This document shows, in pieces, positions 53,114-62,514 of a stretch of DNA of 64,000 bases. The stretch's first letter is position 1; each line of letters opens with the position of its first letter. The DNA is taken from the NCBI GenBank assembly GCA_965112635.1, contig OZ218778.1:224001-288000 (forward strand), in the 5' to 3' direction. A program made the translations under genes and the position numbers. The stretch is from an uncultured bacterium. Its GTDB lineage: Bacteria > Oederibacteriota > Oederibacteriia > Oederibacteriales > Oederibacteriaceae. The notes beneath the pieces are model-generated. The model was not told where the DNA came from, ran no database searches, and was given only the letters and a program-made list of their open reading frames with translations.

Positions 53114-53869
53114 ATGACGGAAAAAACCCATGTTTCCTTTGAAATCAAAGGGGTTTATAAAAAAATGGGCCTCAACCAGGCCCTGGACGGAATCACCACG
53201 CTTTTTGACGCCTCCACCCTGCACGGCCTTATCGGCCCGGATGGGGCCGGTAAAACCACTCTCCTGCGCTGCCTCATCGGCCTGCTGAAACCCAATAGCG
53301 GGGAGATCCTTTACTTCCAGGAGCAAAGCCAGGTCCCCTTTTCTAACGTCAGGGACGGCCTGGCCTACATGCCCCAGCAGCAAAGCCTGTACCCGGACCT
53401 TTCCATTGACGAACATTTGGAATTTTTCCGAGACCTCTACCAGATCCCGCCGGAAATTTACTCACAGCGTCGCGATGAACTCCTCCAGTTGGCTCGTTTG
53501 GCCCAGTTCAAGGACCGTCCGGCCGGACAGCTCTCCGGCGGCATGTATAAAAAGCTCGGTCTCATGTGCGCCCTGCTCCGCTCCCCCTCGGCCGTACTGC
53601 TGGACGAGCCCACCAACGGCGTGGACCCCATCAGCCGCCGGGAGTTTTGGGATATGCTCTACCGTCTGGTGGGACAGGGTGTCCTGGTCCTCATTTCCAC
53701 GGCCTACATGGACGAGGCCGAACGCTGCGGCAAGGTCCATATCCTGTCACATGGGAAACTTTTGACCAGCGGTGAGCCTGAAAATGTCCTTACCGCGGAA
53801 AAGGTCCGCAACTTCGAGGAGCTTTTTATGAAATATGACCGGCTTGAGACAGCTTTAAAGGAGAGATGA
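53114..53869 (+). CDS. ABC transporter ATP-binding protein (YbhF N-half-like)
   Basis: GPDGAGKTT, LSGGM and LDEPTNGVDPISRREFW motifs. Confidence 0.92.
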   Translation: MTEKTHVSFEIKGVYKKMGLNQALDGITTLFDASTLHGLIGPDGAGKTTLLRCLIGLLKPNSGEILYFQEQSQVPFSNVRDGLAYMPQQQSLYPDLSIDEHLEFFRDLYQIPPEIYSQRRDELLQLARLAQFKDRPAGQLSGGMYKKLGLMCALLRSPSAVLLDEPTNGVDPISRREFWDMLYRLVGQGVLVLISTAYMDEAERCGKVHILSHGKLLTSGEPENVLTAEKVRNFEELFMKYDRLETALKER

Positions 53870-54805
53870 ACATGTCTAGCGTCTTGAACACTCCCAGCGT
53901 TGAGGTCAACGGCCTTACGGTCAAATTCGGTAAATTCACGGCTGTGGACAACATCTCCTTCAGGGTCGCCCAGGGAGAGATTTTTGGGTTTTTGGGGGCT
54001 AACGGCGCCGGCAAGACCACGACCATCCGTGTCTTGTGCGGACTCCTCATGCCCACCAGCGGTAGCGTGTCCGTGGCCGGCCTGGAGGTCAAGCAAAGCC
54101 TGCAGGCAATCAAACAAAAGGTCGGCTACATGTCCCAAAAATTTACCCTGTACCAGGACATGACCGTGTGGAGAAAACCTGGCCTTTACCGCGGCCCTGC
54201 GCAAAATTCCCCAGGAAGTCTTTCAACAGCGTAAAAAAGAACTGCTGGAGTTCATTGGCTTCCATGAGCCGGAAAAAACTTTTGTCAAAGACCTGGCCGG
54301 GGGCCTCAAACAGGAAGTGTCCCTGACCGCGGCCATGCTGCACGACCCTGAGATCGTGTTTTTGGACGAACCCACAGCCGGGGTGACCCCGGCCAGCCGC
54401 CAGCGCTTTTGGGACCTCATCCGCCAACTCTCCGCCAAGGGCAAAACCGTTTTTGTGACCACCCATTACATGGATGAAGCTGAAAACTGCGGCCGTATCG
54501 CTCTCATGCGGGCCGGCCAGATCATAGCCCTGGATACCCCGGAAAACCTTAAAAACACGCGTTTTCCTTATCCTCTTTATGAGATCACCCCCAAACCAGG
54601 GGCAGCCCCGGACTGGCTTGACCGTCTGCAAAAGGACAAGCGCCTGGATTTGTCACCTTACGGTCTGCGTTACCATTGCGCAGTCAAAGATAAAGCAGCT
54701 TGGCCGGAAATTTCCACATTTTTAAGCGAGCAAGCCGCTTCCCATCCTATCAAACCGTCCCTGGAGGATGTTTTTATCCAGCTTGTGGAAGGAGTGGACC
54801 GATGA
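53866..54805 (+). pseudogene. ABC transporter ATP-binding protein; frameshift near 54170 (probably a sequencing error)
   Basis: The first part has GANGAGKTT and GYMSQKF. After a one-base shift it reads ENLAFTAALR...LAGGLKQ...LDEPTAG...TTHYMDEAE. Confidence 0.88.
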
Positions 54806-55923
54806 ACTCCTTTTTTGTCTGGACCAGAGCCTTGTCCATCGCCCGCAAGGAGACCCGGCATGTGCTGCGCGACCCCTTTACGCTGGGCCTGGCCTTGGGG
54901 TTACCCCTGGCCATGGTGGTGTTCTTCGGGCTGGCCATAGATTTTAACGCCAAGGACTTGAAACTCACCATCTATGACCGGGACCAGAGCCGGGCTTCTC
55001 GCCAAGTGGCGGATGCGTTCCAAAGTTCGGGCTATTTCCGGGTCAAGTACGGCAACCTCAACGTCAATCCCACCAATGACCTGGACGCGGAAAGGGCCAA
55101 GGCGGTTTTGATCATTGAACCGGAGTTCCAGCAAAACCTGGGAGCCGGCCGTCCTACCCGGGCCCAGCTGCTGGTGGACGGAGCGGACAATTCTACGGTC
55201 GGCATGATCCTGGGTTATGTGGCCGGTATCCAGCAGTCCGCTGCCGAAAAGTTCACCGGCCAAAAGGTCGTCCAGCCCATTACCCTCAAAACCCGTTTCC
55301 TTTTCAACCCCGAGCTCAACACCCAGTGGTTCATCGTCCCCGGCCTGGCCGCCACGGTCATGGCCATCCTGGCCATTCTTTTGACCGCCCTGACCGTGGC
55401 CCGCGAATGGGAGAACGGCTCTATGGAACTGCTGCTGTCCACACCCGTTAAACCACTGGAGATCATCGCCGGTAAAATTGCCCCCTACCTTGTCATCGGG
55501 CTTTTAGCCCAGGCCACGGTCTATGTGCTGGCCAGGGTGGGCTTTGGGGTGCCTTTTGAGGGCAGCCACATCCTGCTTTTGTTTGGCAGCCTCCTGTTCC
55601 TGGCCGCCTATTTTGCCCAGGGCATCCTGATTTCCGTGACCGCCCGCCAGCAGCAGATCGCTATGCAATTAGCCATGCTCACGGGTATGCTGCCGACCAT
55701 GCTCTTGTCCGGGTTTGTCTTTCCCGTGGAAAGCATGCCTCCCTTCTTCCAATACCTCTCCATGATCATGCCCGCCCGCTGGTATATGGAGATCCTGCGG
55801 AGCCTGTTCTTGCGAGGTGCTGATTTGGTCCAGCTGGCTATCCCTTTTGGAGCCCTGGCCTTGATCAGCGTAATCATGGTCACGGCCGCCACCAAACGCT
55901 TCAAAACGGATGTGGAACCATGA
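54802..55923 (+). CDS. ABC-2 transporter permease (YbhS-like)
   Basis: KETRHVLRD, FNPEL, AREWENGSMELL and LSGFVFP motifs; 4-bp overlap upstream. Confidence 0.9.
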   Translation: MNSFFVWTRALSIARKETRHVLRDPFTLGLALGLPLAMVVFFGLAIDFNAKDLKLTIYDRDQSRASRQVADAFQSSGYFRVKYGNLNVNPTNDLDAERAKAVLIIEPEFQQNLGAGRPTRAQLLVDGADNSTVGMILGYVAGIQQSAAEKFTGQKVVQPITLKTRFLFNPELNTQWFIVPGLAATVMAILAILLTALTVAREWENGSMELLLSTPVKPLEIIAGKIAPYLVIGLLAQATVYVLARVGFGVPFEGSHILLLFGSLLFLAAYFAQGILISVTARQQQIAMQLAMLTGMLPTMLLSGFVFPVESMPPFFQYLSMIMPARWYMEILRSLFLRGADLVQLAIPFGALALISVIMVTAATKRFKTDVEP

Positions 55924-57032
55924 ACCAAACTGTCGTTGGATTCATCAAAAAAGAGCTTATCCAGGCCTTGCGTGACAACAGGATGCGGGTTCTTATTTTT
56001 ATCGCGCCCCTGCTGCAGACCTGTATCTTTGGTTTGGCCATCCAAACCGAGATTAAAAATATCCAGCTTTCCGTCATGGCCTCACCCAGCGACCGCCTGA
56101 TGAGCCGTATCGCGCAAAGAGCTTTTGCTTCCGGTTGGTTCATTCCGGCCGCCAGCCATGAGACCGACCCTTTTCGACAGGTCCAGTCCGGCCAGGCTGA
56201 CGCCGTCCTCGTGGCCCCTAAGGAGGGCTTGGATGCTGCCGTGGAAAGGGGCCGGGGCCAGGTGCAATACCTGGTCAACGCCAGCAACGTCCTCAAAGCC
56301 AGCGCCATGGAGAACTATATGCAGGCCGCCATCCAGGAAGTCGTCCAGGACAGCGCTTCCAGCCTGCCCAGCGGGGCTGTACCCGCCATACCCCTCAATC
56401 TGGATATCCGCATCCTCTATAATCCCGAGCTGATATCCTCCGTTTTCATGGTGCCCAATGTCATTGTGTTCATCCTCTGCCTGGTTTCCATCGTCCTGAC
56501 CGCCATGGCCCTGGCCCGGGAAAAGGAGATCGGCACCTTTGAGACCCTGCTGGCCTCGCCCGCCAAACCCTGGGAGATCATGATGGGTAAAACTATTCCC
56601 TTTATCATTATCGGGTTCATTGATGTGCCGCTGGTCATGTGTTTTGGGGTGTTCTTTTTCAGCGTGCCAGTGAGAGGCTCTATCCTTCTCTTGGGCCTAT
56701 CCTCCGCCGTGTTCCTGTGCACCACGGTGTCGGTCGGTATCATGATCTCGACCCTGGCCAAAAACCAACAGCAGGCTATGATGGGCAGTTTTATGTTCCT
56801 GTTCCCTGCCTTTATGCTTTCCGGCATCTTTTTCCCTGTGGAGAATATGCCGTCCTATTTAAGGTTCGTGGCCTACCTCAACCCCCTGAAATATTTCGTG
56901 GCTATTCTGCGCAACATTATGCTCCGGGGTGGGGACCTTTCGTTGGTGGCTTATAATCTAGGCGTGCTTATTTTAATGGGAACTCTTGCCGTGCTTTTCA
57001 GCTACAGGCGTTTTCATCAGACCTTGGACTAG
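55920..57032 (+). CDS. ABC-2 transporter permease (YbhR-like)
   Basis: KELIQALRD, YNPEL, AREKEIGTFE and LSGIFFP motifs. Confidence 0.9.
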   Translation: MNQTVVGFIKKELIQALRDNRMRVLIFIAPLLQTCIFGLAIQTEIKNIQLSVMASPSDRLMSRIAQRAFASGWFIPAASHETDPFRQVQSGQADAVLVAPKEGLDAAVERGRGQVQYLVNASNVLKASAMENYMQAAIQEVVQDSASSLPSGAVPAIPLNLDIRILYNPELISSVFMVPNVIVFILCLVSIVLTAMALAREKEIGTFETLLASPAKPWEIMMGKTIPFIIIGFIDVPLVMCFGVFFFSVPVRGSILLLGLSSAVFLCTTVSVGIMISTLAKNQQQAMMGSFMFLFPAFMLSGIFFPVENMPSYLRFVAYLNPLKYFVAILRNIMLRGGDLSLVAYNLGVLILMGTLAVLFSYRRFHQTLD

Positions 57033-57035
57033 ACA

Positions 57036-58058
57036 TCAGCGTGGGGGGCGCGCTTCCAGTTTTTTTTCCAGCCGCGTTTGCAGGATCACCCGCCGGCCTC
57101 CGCTAATCTTGAGGATCCGCTCCACCGTCATAGAGCGCGTTAGCGCAACATAGATCATCTGGTCGTCACGCAATCCCCGAAAGTAATGCTCAAAGTCGTC
57201 CGCCGCAGCGTCGTTGAGCTGCACACCCCGGAGGTTCTCCATTTTTCGCCAGCAGGGAATGTGCTGCGTGTGATAGCCGCAGAGGTGGATCGTACCGCCC
57301 TCGGGATAAACCCTTAGCACCTGCGCGTCCAAAGGCGCGACATGCTCCGCGTAGGCCTGGGGCCCTACCAGCTGGGTCGAGCAGCCGCAGATATGGCCGA
57401 ACCCGTCCGGTGCGTAACGGTGCGAAGAGGCATAAAATCGGACTCGTTTTTGAGGAAAACGCTTACGGATCAGCCGGTGCAGGGCCTCTATGGTGTCCGC
57501 GATCACGGCCAGGCCGGCCATATCCGCGGTTTCTACCAGGGAAAGCGCCATAAGCGCACGCTCGCCAAAGAGGTTTAGGGCAATATTGAGCGGTGAGGCA
57601 AATACAGGGGTCGTAAGAGAGATTCCCTTTGGCAGGCTGGACAGAGCCCGGCTCATAGCCTCCAGCGACCAGAGCACGAGTTCCGCGTGCTCTACGTCAA
57701 CAGGTTTCAAACTCCCCAGTTCAGTTGGAAGCTGGTCAGCCCAAAAGTTCCCGTCCCGCTCGCTGACATGGGCTCCAAAAAGCGCGTCCACAAAATGCAC
57801 TCCCAATGGCCAGAACTCGGCTACCAGCGGACTGAACGTGATTGTGTCAGCTCCCAGGCTGGCGTTTTCCTCAAAGGAACGAATCATCGCCTTGAGCCAC
57901 TCTGCAAAGGACTCCTCATCCGGCCGCAAATATTCCCTTTGAGGTATGTTGGCGATTGAAAGCACTGACTCGCCCGGATGCCCGATATACAAATCCCTAA
58001 ACGCCTTCACATGGGCTTCCTGGGCAATCTTAATCGCAGGATCACTAAGTTTCACCAT
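57036..58058 (-). CDS. Divergent URO-D/methyltransferase-like protein
   Basis: SPLNIA, HICGCSTQLVGP..Y and IHLCG (HxCG) motifs. Confidence 0.6.
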   Translation of the reverse strand: MVKLSDPAIKIAQEAHVKAFRDLYIGHPGESVLSIANIPQREYLRPDEESFAEWLKAMIRSFEENASLGADTITFSPLVAEFWPLGVHFVDALFGAHVSERDGNFWADQLPTELGSLKPVDVEHAELVLWSLEAMSRALSSLPKGISLTTPVFASPLNIALNLFGERALMALSLVETADMAGLAVIADTIEALHRLIRKRFPQKRVRFYASSHRYAPDGFGHICGCSTQLVGPQAYAEHVAPLDAQVLRVYPEGGTIHLCGYHTQHIPCWRKMENLRGVQLNDAAADDFEHYFRGLRDDQMIYVALTRSMTVERILKISGGRRVILQTRLEKKLEARPPR

Positions 58059-58103
58059 TGGCTTCCTTTCCAGCCTAGCCCAAAATGTAATGTCATGGTG
58101 AGC

Positions 58104-58643
58104 TTAATCAAAGACGACATCCTCATTTTGCACATACCCGCGGTTCTGGACTTTAGCTTTGGTCCTGTTTCTTTTGACTTTTACTTTTTCCGTCACAGGC
58201 CCTGTCCCCTCAGGAACAGCCTGCTTTTCCCTGACCGTATTGGCCTTGAGGAATTTTTTGACGGCTCCGATGACCTCATCCTCATAACGCGGATGGCTCT
58301 CCAGGACCCACTCCGTGAACTGCCCCAGCTCTTCTGGGGACACTTTGAGCCACAGGCTGTTCTTGTCCAGCCAGGCCAGGAGCACGGCCAGGCTGACCTG
58401 CTTCTGGGCCTGTTTGCCGAACGGCGGCTCTTTGAGGAATCGGTAGAACAGGACCGCGCCTTTGTCCAAAGTGCCGGGATAGGGATTTTGGTCAATGAAA
58501 TTCTCGAACGGCGCAGCCAGGTCTTTTTCCAGGATATTGGCTGGCCTGGGATCAGCTACCTCTGCCAGTCCCTTTTTGACCATCTCGCTGACCAGGTACT
58601 CCACTTCTGCCAGACCAAGCCGGGTCATCAGCGTCCGCTCCAT
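58104..58643 (-). CDS. Fic/Doc-fold protein with degenerate catalytic loop
   Basis: Doc-like scaffold (PF...YP.TLDKGAVLFY.FLK...WL..N). PPFGKQAQKQ replaces the canonical HPFxDGNKR. Confidence 0.65.
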   Translation of the reverse strand: MERTLMTRLGLAEVEYLVSEMVKKGLAEVADPRPANILEKDLAAPFENFIDQNPYPGTLDKGAVLFYRFLKEPPFGKQAQKQVSLAVLLAWLDKNSLWLKVSPEELGQFTEWVLESHPRYEDEVIGAVKKFLKANTVREKQAVPEGTGPVTEKVKVKRNRTKAKVQNRGYVQNEDVVFD

Positions 58644-58897
58644 TTCGACAATATGCCGCCAAAATCACTGGATATCCGCTCCAGACAAGTATTGAGGCGC
58701 TGAATATCCTTTTCGCCCAATGTTTTGCCCAAAATACCGTCTATATGGTCGCTGGGAATCACATAATTCCGGCCGATTTTCTCGCCTGTTATCAGGCCTT
58801 TTTTGACCTTTTGGAATACCGCTATCCTGCTGACTCCCAATAAATCAGCAACTTGTTTAATCGTTAAATATCGTTGTTTTTCAATCACTTTAACCAA
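58628..58897 (-). CDS. Excisionase-like (HTH_17) DNA-binding protein; probable antitoxin/regulator
   Basis: YLTIKQVADLLGVSRIAVFQKVKKG...KIGRNYVI; overlaps the Fic-like gene. Confidence 0.8.
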   Translation of the reverse strand: MVKVIEKQRYLTIKQVADLLGVSRIAVFQKVKKGLITGEKIGRNYVIPSDHIDGILGKTLGEKDIQRLNTCLERISSDFGGILSKWSGR

Positions 58898-59121
58898 CCT
58901 ATGTTAATAATATCTATCTAACTTAACAACAGTTAACTTACATAATATCTTAACATATCCATCAAAAAATGCAATATCGACAGGCTTATTTGATTTTACT
59001 CAGGAGTTGCATATCACAGGATTTCTTATAGCAATGGTTTTAGGTGAATTATCAAGTTTGGAAAGGAGTAATAGGGAATCCCTTTGGACATTTGTGCCGC
59101 AAACCTTGCAGTTTCTCTTCC

Positions 59122-60408
59122 CTATTTCCCCTGGTTTTTGGGGCCTCGGTGCTGGCTGTGGCTGAAACTATGACCTTGCCCCTGACCGTAGTGGCTCTGG
59201 GGCCTGTGGCTATCTCCGTGGTGGCCCTGGGGCCTGGAGTGGTGCGGATGGTGGGGATGGCCTCCTCCTAGATAGCCGGTAGGCGGTTTTTCATTATAGT
59301 CAAAGTCGGGCAGGAGCACGGCCGGCAGTTTTTTGTTCACCAGTTTCTCGATATCCCGAAGCATCAGGTTGTCCTGGGGTGTGACAAATATAAAAGCGTC
59401 GCCTTCGGTATCTTTGCGGGCGGTCCGGCCGATACGATGGATATAATCCTCGGCGGCCTGCGGCACATCGTAGTTGATGACATGAGTGATGTCCGTGAAA
59501 TCAATACCCCGGGCCGCAATATCGGTCGCGACCAGGACCCTGATATCGCCCTTTTTGAAACGATGGAGCACTTCCCGGCGGTGGGTCTGGCTCTTGTCGC
59601 CGTGGATGACCTCGGAATCCACCCCGTGCCGCCTGAGCTTTTGCACCAGGGAGTCCGCCGAATGCTTGCTCCGGACAAAGACCAGGACCGAGTAGAGCGC
59701 CTGCTGTTCCAGCAGTTTGATCAGGAGCTTGGTCTTGAGATGCCGCTCCACCGGGAACATGGCCTGGCGGATGCCGCTGGGCGGGGCCTCCCGGCCCACC
59801 CGCACGGTCACCGGGTCTTTGAGGACCACATGGGTCAGTTCTATGATCTCCTGCGGCATGGTGGCTGAGTAGAGCAGGGTCTGCCTTTTGGCCGGGACAT
59901 AGCTCAGGATGCGCTTGATATCCGGCATGAATCCCATGTCCAGCATCCGGTCCGCCTCGTCCAGCACCAAAACCTCCAGATTGTTGAACTTCGCGTACCC
60001 CCGGCGCAGGTGGTCCATAAGCCGGCCCGGTGTGGCCGCGATGATGTCAAAACCGGTGCGCAAGGCGTTCTCCTGGGCATCAAAACCCACCCCGCCGTAG
60101 ACCGCCGCGCACCGAATCTTGGTGTGGTAACCTAAGGCCGTAGCCTGCTCATCTATCTGGGCAGCCAGCTCCCGGGTGGGCGTCAGGATGAGGACCCGGA
60201 TGCCTGTCCCGCGGTTGTGCAGGATGCGGTGCATCAGGGGGATGAGGAACGCCGCGGTCTTGCCTGTGCCGGTCTGGGCCGTGGCGATGAGGTCATGGCC
60301 TTTTAAAACCTCAGGGATGGCCTGTTCCTGGACAGGCGTTGGTCGGGTATATCCCATATCTTTGATGCCGCGGAGCAGGTCTGGATGCAGGTTAAATTTA
60401 GCGAAAAT
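59122..60408 (-). CDS. DEAD-box RNA helicase (RhlE-like); start uncertain (ATT 60408 or TTG 60447)
   Basis: Q motif, AQTGTGKT, PTRELA, TPGRL, DEAD, SAT and HRIGRTAR motifs; His/Gly-rich tail. Confidence 0.93.
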   Translation of the reverse strand: MFAKFNLHPDLLRGIKDMGYTRPTPVQEQAIPEVLKGHDLIATAQTGTGKTAAFLIPLMHRILHNRGTGIRVLILTPTRELAAQIDEQATALGYHTKIRCAAVYGGVGFDAQENALRTGFDIIAATPGRLMDHLRRGYAKFNNLEVLVLDEADRMLDMGFMPDIKRILSYVPAKRQTLLYSATMPQEIIELTHVVLKDPVTVRVGREAPPSGIRQAMFPVERHLKTKLLIKLLEQQALYSVLVFVRSKHSADSLVQKLRRHGVDSEVIHGDKSQTHRREVLHRFKKGDIRVLVATDIAARGIDFTDITHVINYDVPQAAEDYIHRIGRTARKDTEGDAFIFVTPQDNLMLRDIEKLVNKKLPAVLLPDFDYNEKPPTGYLGGGHPHHPHHSRPQGHHGDSHRPQSHYGQGQGHSFSHSQHRGPKNQGK

Positions 60409-60575
60409 GGGCGTTTCCCCCTTTTCATAGATTAAATATCTCTCCAAGTATAGCCTTTTAATCTGCCTATAACTATCAAATATTGCGGAAGCGGCTGTCT
60501 TCTTTATTTGGTGCCGGATTGTTATAATTACTCCGCTGGTCATTTCAAACTAGAACAGAAAGGCAGGCAAAAAAT

Positions 60576-62093
60576 ATGAAATCGTACTATATCGGAGTGG
60601 ATTGCGGGACCCAGAGCACCAAGGCAGTGGTCATGGACGGCCAAACCGGGGCCATCCTGGGGAGTGCCAGCGAGACTTATGACCTCATCCCCGGCCTTCC
60701 TGCCGGCCACAAAGAGCAGCACCCCGAGACTTGGATAAAAGCGGTCAAGCACTGCGTCCAAAAAGCCGTGAAACTTTCCCATGTGGACCGCAATAAGATA
60801 AAAGGCATAGGTATTTCCGGCCAGCAGCACGGTTTTGTGGCCCTCGACAAGGACGACCGGGTCATCCGTCCGGCCAAACTTTGGTGCGACACCAGCACCA
60901 TCAGCCAATGCCATACCATCACCCGCAAGGTCGGCGGCGAAGACAAAGTCATCCAGCTGACGGGCAACACAATTTCAGCCGGCTTTACCGCTCCCAAGAT
61001 CCTCTGGCTCAAGGAAAAGGAACCCAAAAATTTTGGCCACTTGGCCTGCGTGATGCTTCCTCATGATTATATTAATTTCTGGTTGACCGGCGAAAAGATC
61101 ATGGAGCCAGGGGATGCCTCAGGCACCGCCATGTTTGATGTCAAAAAACGGTCCTGGTCGGACAAGGTCGTCCGGGTGGTTGACTCCAGGCTGTCCACCA
61201 AACTCCCTCCAGTCGCCAAAACCTACCAGTCCATCGCTACCTTGCGGCCTGGGGTGGCTAAAGAACTGGGGCTCTCGCCTGATGTCCAGGTCAGCCCCGG
61301 CGGCGGCGACAATATGATGGGAGCCATCGGCACCGGCAATGTGGAGCCGGGTATGGTCACAGCCAGTCTGGGTACATCCGGCACCATCTATGCCTATTCC
61401 CCTAAACCCATGGTGGACCCGCGGGGAGAGATCGCTGGGTTCTGCGACAGCACCGGCCACTGGCTGCCCCTTCTTTGCACTCTGAGCGTGACCGTCTCCA
61501 CCGAGCTGGCTAAAAAAGCTTTCCAGCTGGGCAATGACGCCTTGACCAAAACCGTGGCCAGGGTGCCAGCCGGAGCCGGCGGCCTCCTGCTGCTCCCCTA
61601 TTTTGAGGGCGAACGCACCCCCAACCTGCCCGAAGCCACCGGAGTGTATTTTGGCCTCAGGGAAAAGACTTTCCAGCCTGCCGTGATGGCCCGGGCCGCT
61701 ATGGAAGGCGCGACCCTGGGCATGAACTACGGCCTCAACCGGATGAAAGCCCTGGGTATCCGGCCCAGGCAGATACGCTTGATTGGCGGCGGGTCAAAAA
61801 ATCCGGTGTGGCGGCAGATGGCCGCGGACATCTTCAACGTGGAAGTGGTCAGTATGGTCCAAGCCGAAGGCGCGGCCTTTGGCGGGGCGCTGCAAGCCCA
61901 GTGGTGCTGTGAAAAAACCAGCCTCCCGGCTCTGTGTCAGCGGTTTGTCCAAACAGACAGCAGGACCAAATGTGTCCCGGACAAAAAAAAGGCAGCCCTT
62001 TATCAGGAGCTGCAGCATATCCATAACGCCCTGTCCGCCAGTCTAAAACCGGCCTTCCATCTCCACCGCCGTTTTTTAGAGAAGCACGGTTAA
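60576..62093 (+). CDS. xylB: Xylulokinase
   Basis: GVDCGTQSTK, SGQQHG, LWCD, GGGDNMMGAIG, SLGTSGT and GERTP motifs. Confidence 0.92.
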   Translation: MKSYYIGVDCGTQSTKAVVMDGQTGAILGSASETYDLIPGLPAGHKEQHPETWIKAVKHCVQKAVKLSHVDRNKIKGIGISGQQHGFVALDKDDRVIRPAKLWCDTSTISQCHTITRKVGGEDKVIQLTGNTISAGFTAPKILWLKEKEPKNFGHLACVMLPHDYINFWLTGEKIMEPGDASGTAMFDVKKRSWSDKVVRVVDSRLSTKLPPVAKTYQSIATLRPGVAKELGLSPDVQVSPGGGDNMMGAIGTGNVEPGMVTASLGTSGTIYAYSPKPMVDPRGEIAGFCDSTGHWLPLLCTLSVTVSTELAKKAFQLGNDALTKTVARVPAGAGGLLLLPYFEGERTPNLPEATGVYFGLREKTFQPAVMARAAMEGATLGMNYGLNRMKALGIRPRQIRLIGGGSKNPVWRQMAADIFNVEVVSMVQAEGAAFGGALQAQWCCEKTSLPALCQRFVQTDSRTKCVPDKKKAALYQELQHIHNALSASLKPAFHLHRRFLEKHG

Positions 62094-62118
62094 GCAGGCA
62101 AAAACACCTTTCCGCGCC

Positions 62119-62514
62119 CTAGACACAGACTGTTTCCCCAATACCCAGCAGGTCTTTGACCTGATCGATAAAACTCCTATTATCTATGGGCTTGGAAATA
62201 TAGGAGTCAAACCCGGCTGCCCATATCTTTTCCTGTTCGTCTCTCATAGCCAGGGCAGTCAGGGCCACGACCTTCACGCCCGCGGTCCTTTGCTCACCCC
62301 GGATCCGCTTAAAAATGGTAAAGCCGTCCACCTCCGGCAGATTGATATCCAGCAGGACGAGGTCGGGGACACAGCTTTCCAGCACCCGGAAGCACTCCTC
62401 CGCGTTGAACGCCTTCAGCACCCTGAGCCCCTGCATTTCCAGCAGGGCCTCGGCAAGCCTCATATTCGCTTCATCATCCTCTACCATCAATACTGTTTTG
62501 CTTTGCGTGAACAT
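62119..62514 (-). CDS. Single-domain response regulator (DivK/CheY-like)
   Basis: VEDD, LLDINLP, ALTA and SKPI motifs; own RBS AAGGAGG. Confidence 0.92.
   Translation of the reverse strand: MFTQSKTVLMVEDDEANMRLAEALLEMQGLRVLKAFNAEECFRVLESCVPDLVLLDINLPEVDGFTIFKRIRGEQRTAGVKVVALTALAMRDEQEKIWAAGFDSYISKPIDNRSFIDQVKDLLGIGETVCV

Noticed and set aside
58628-58897. Prophage/ICE excisionase marking a mobile element
   Set aside because: No integrase, att/tRNA site or phage genes lie nearby; pairing with the Fic-like gene fits a TA-type module.
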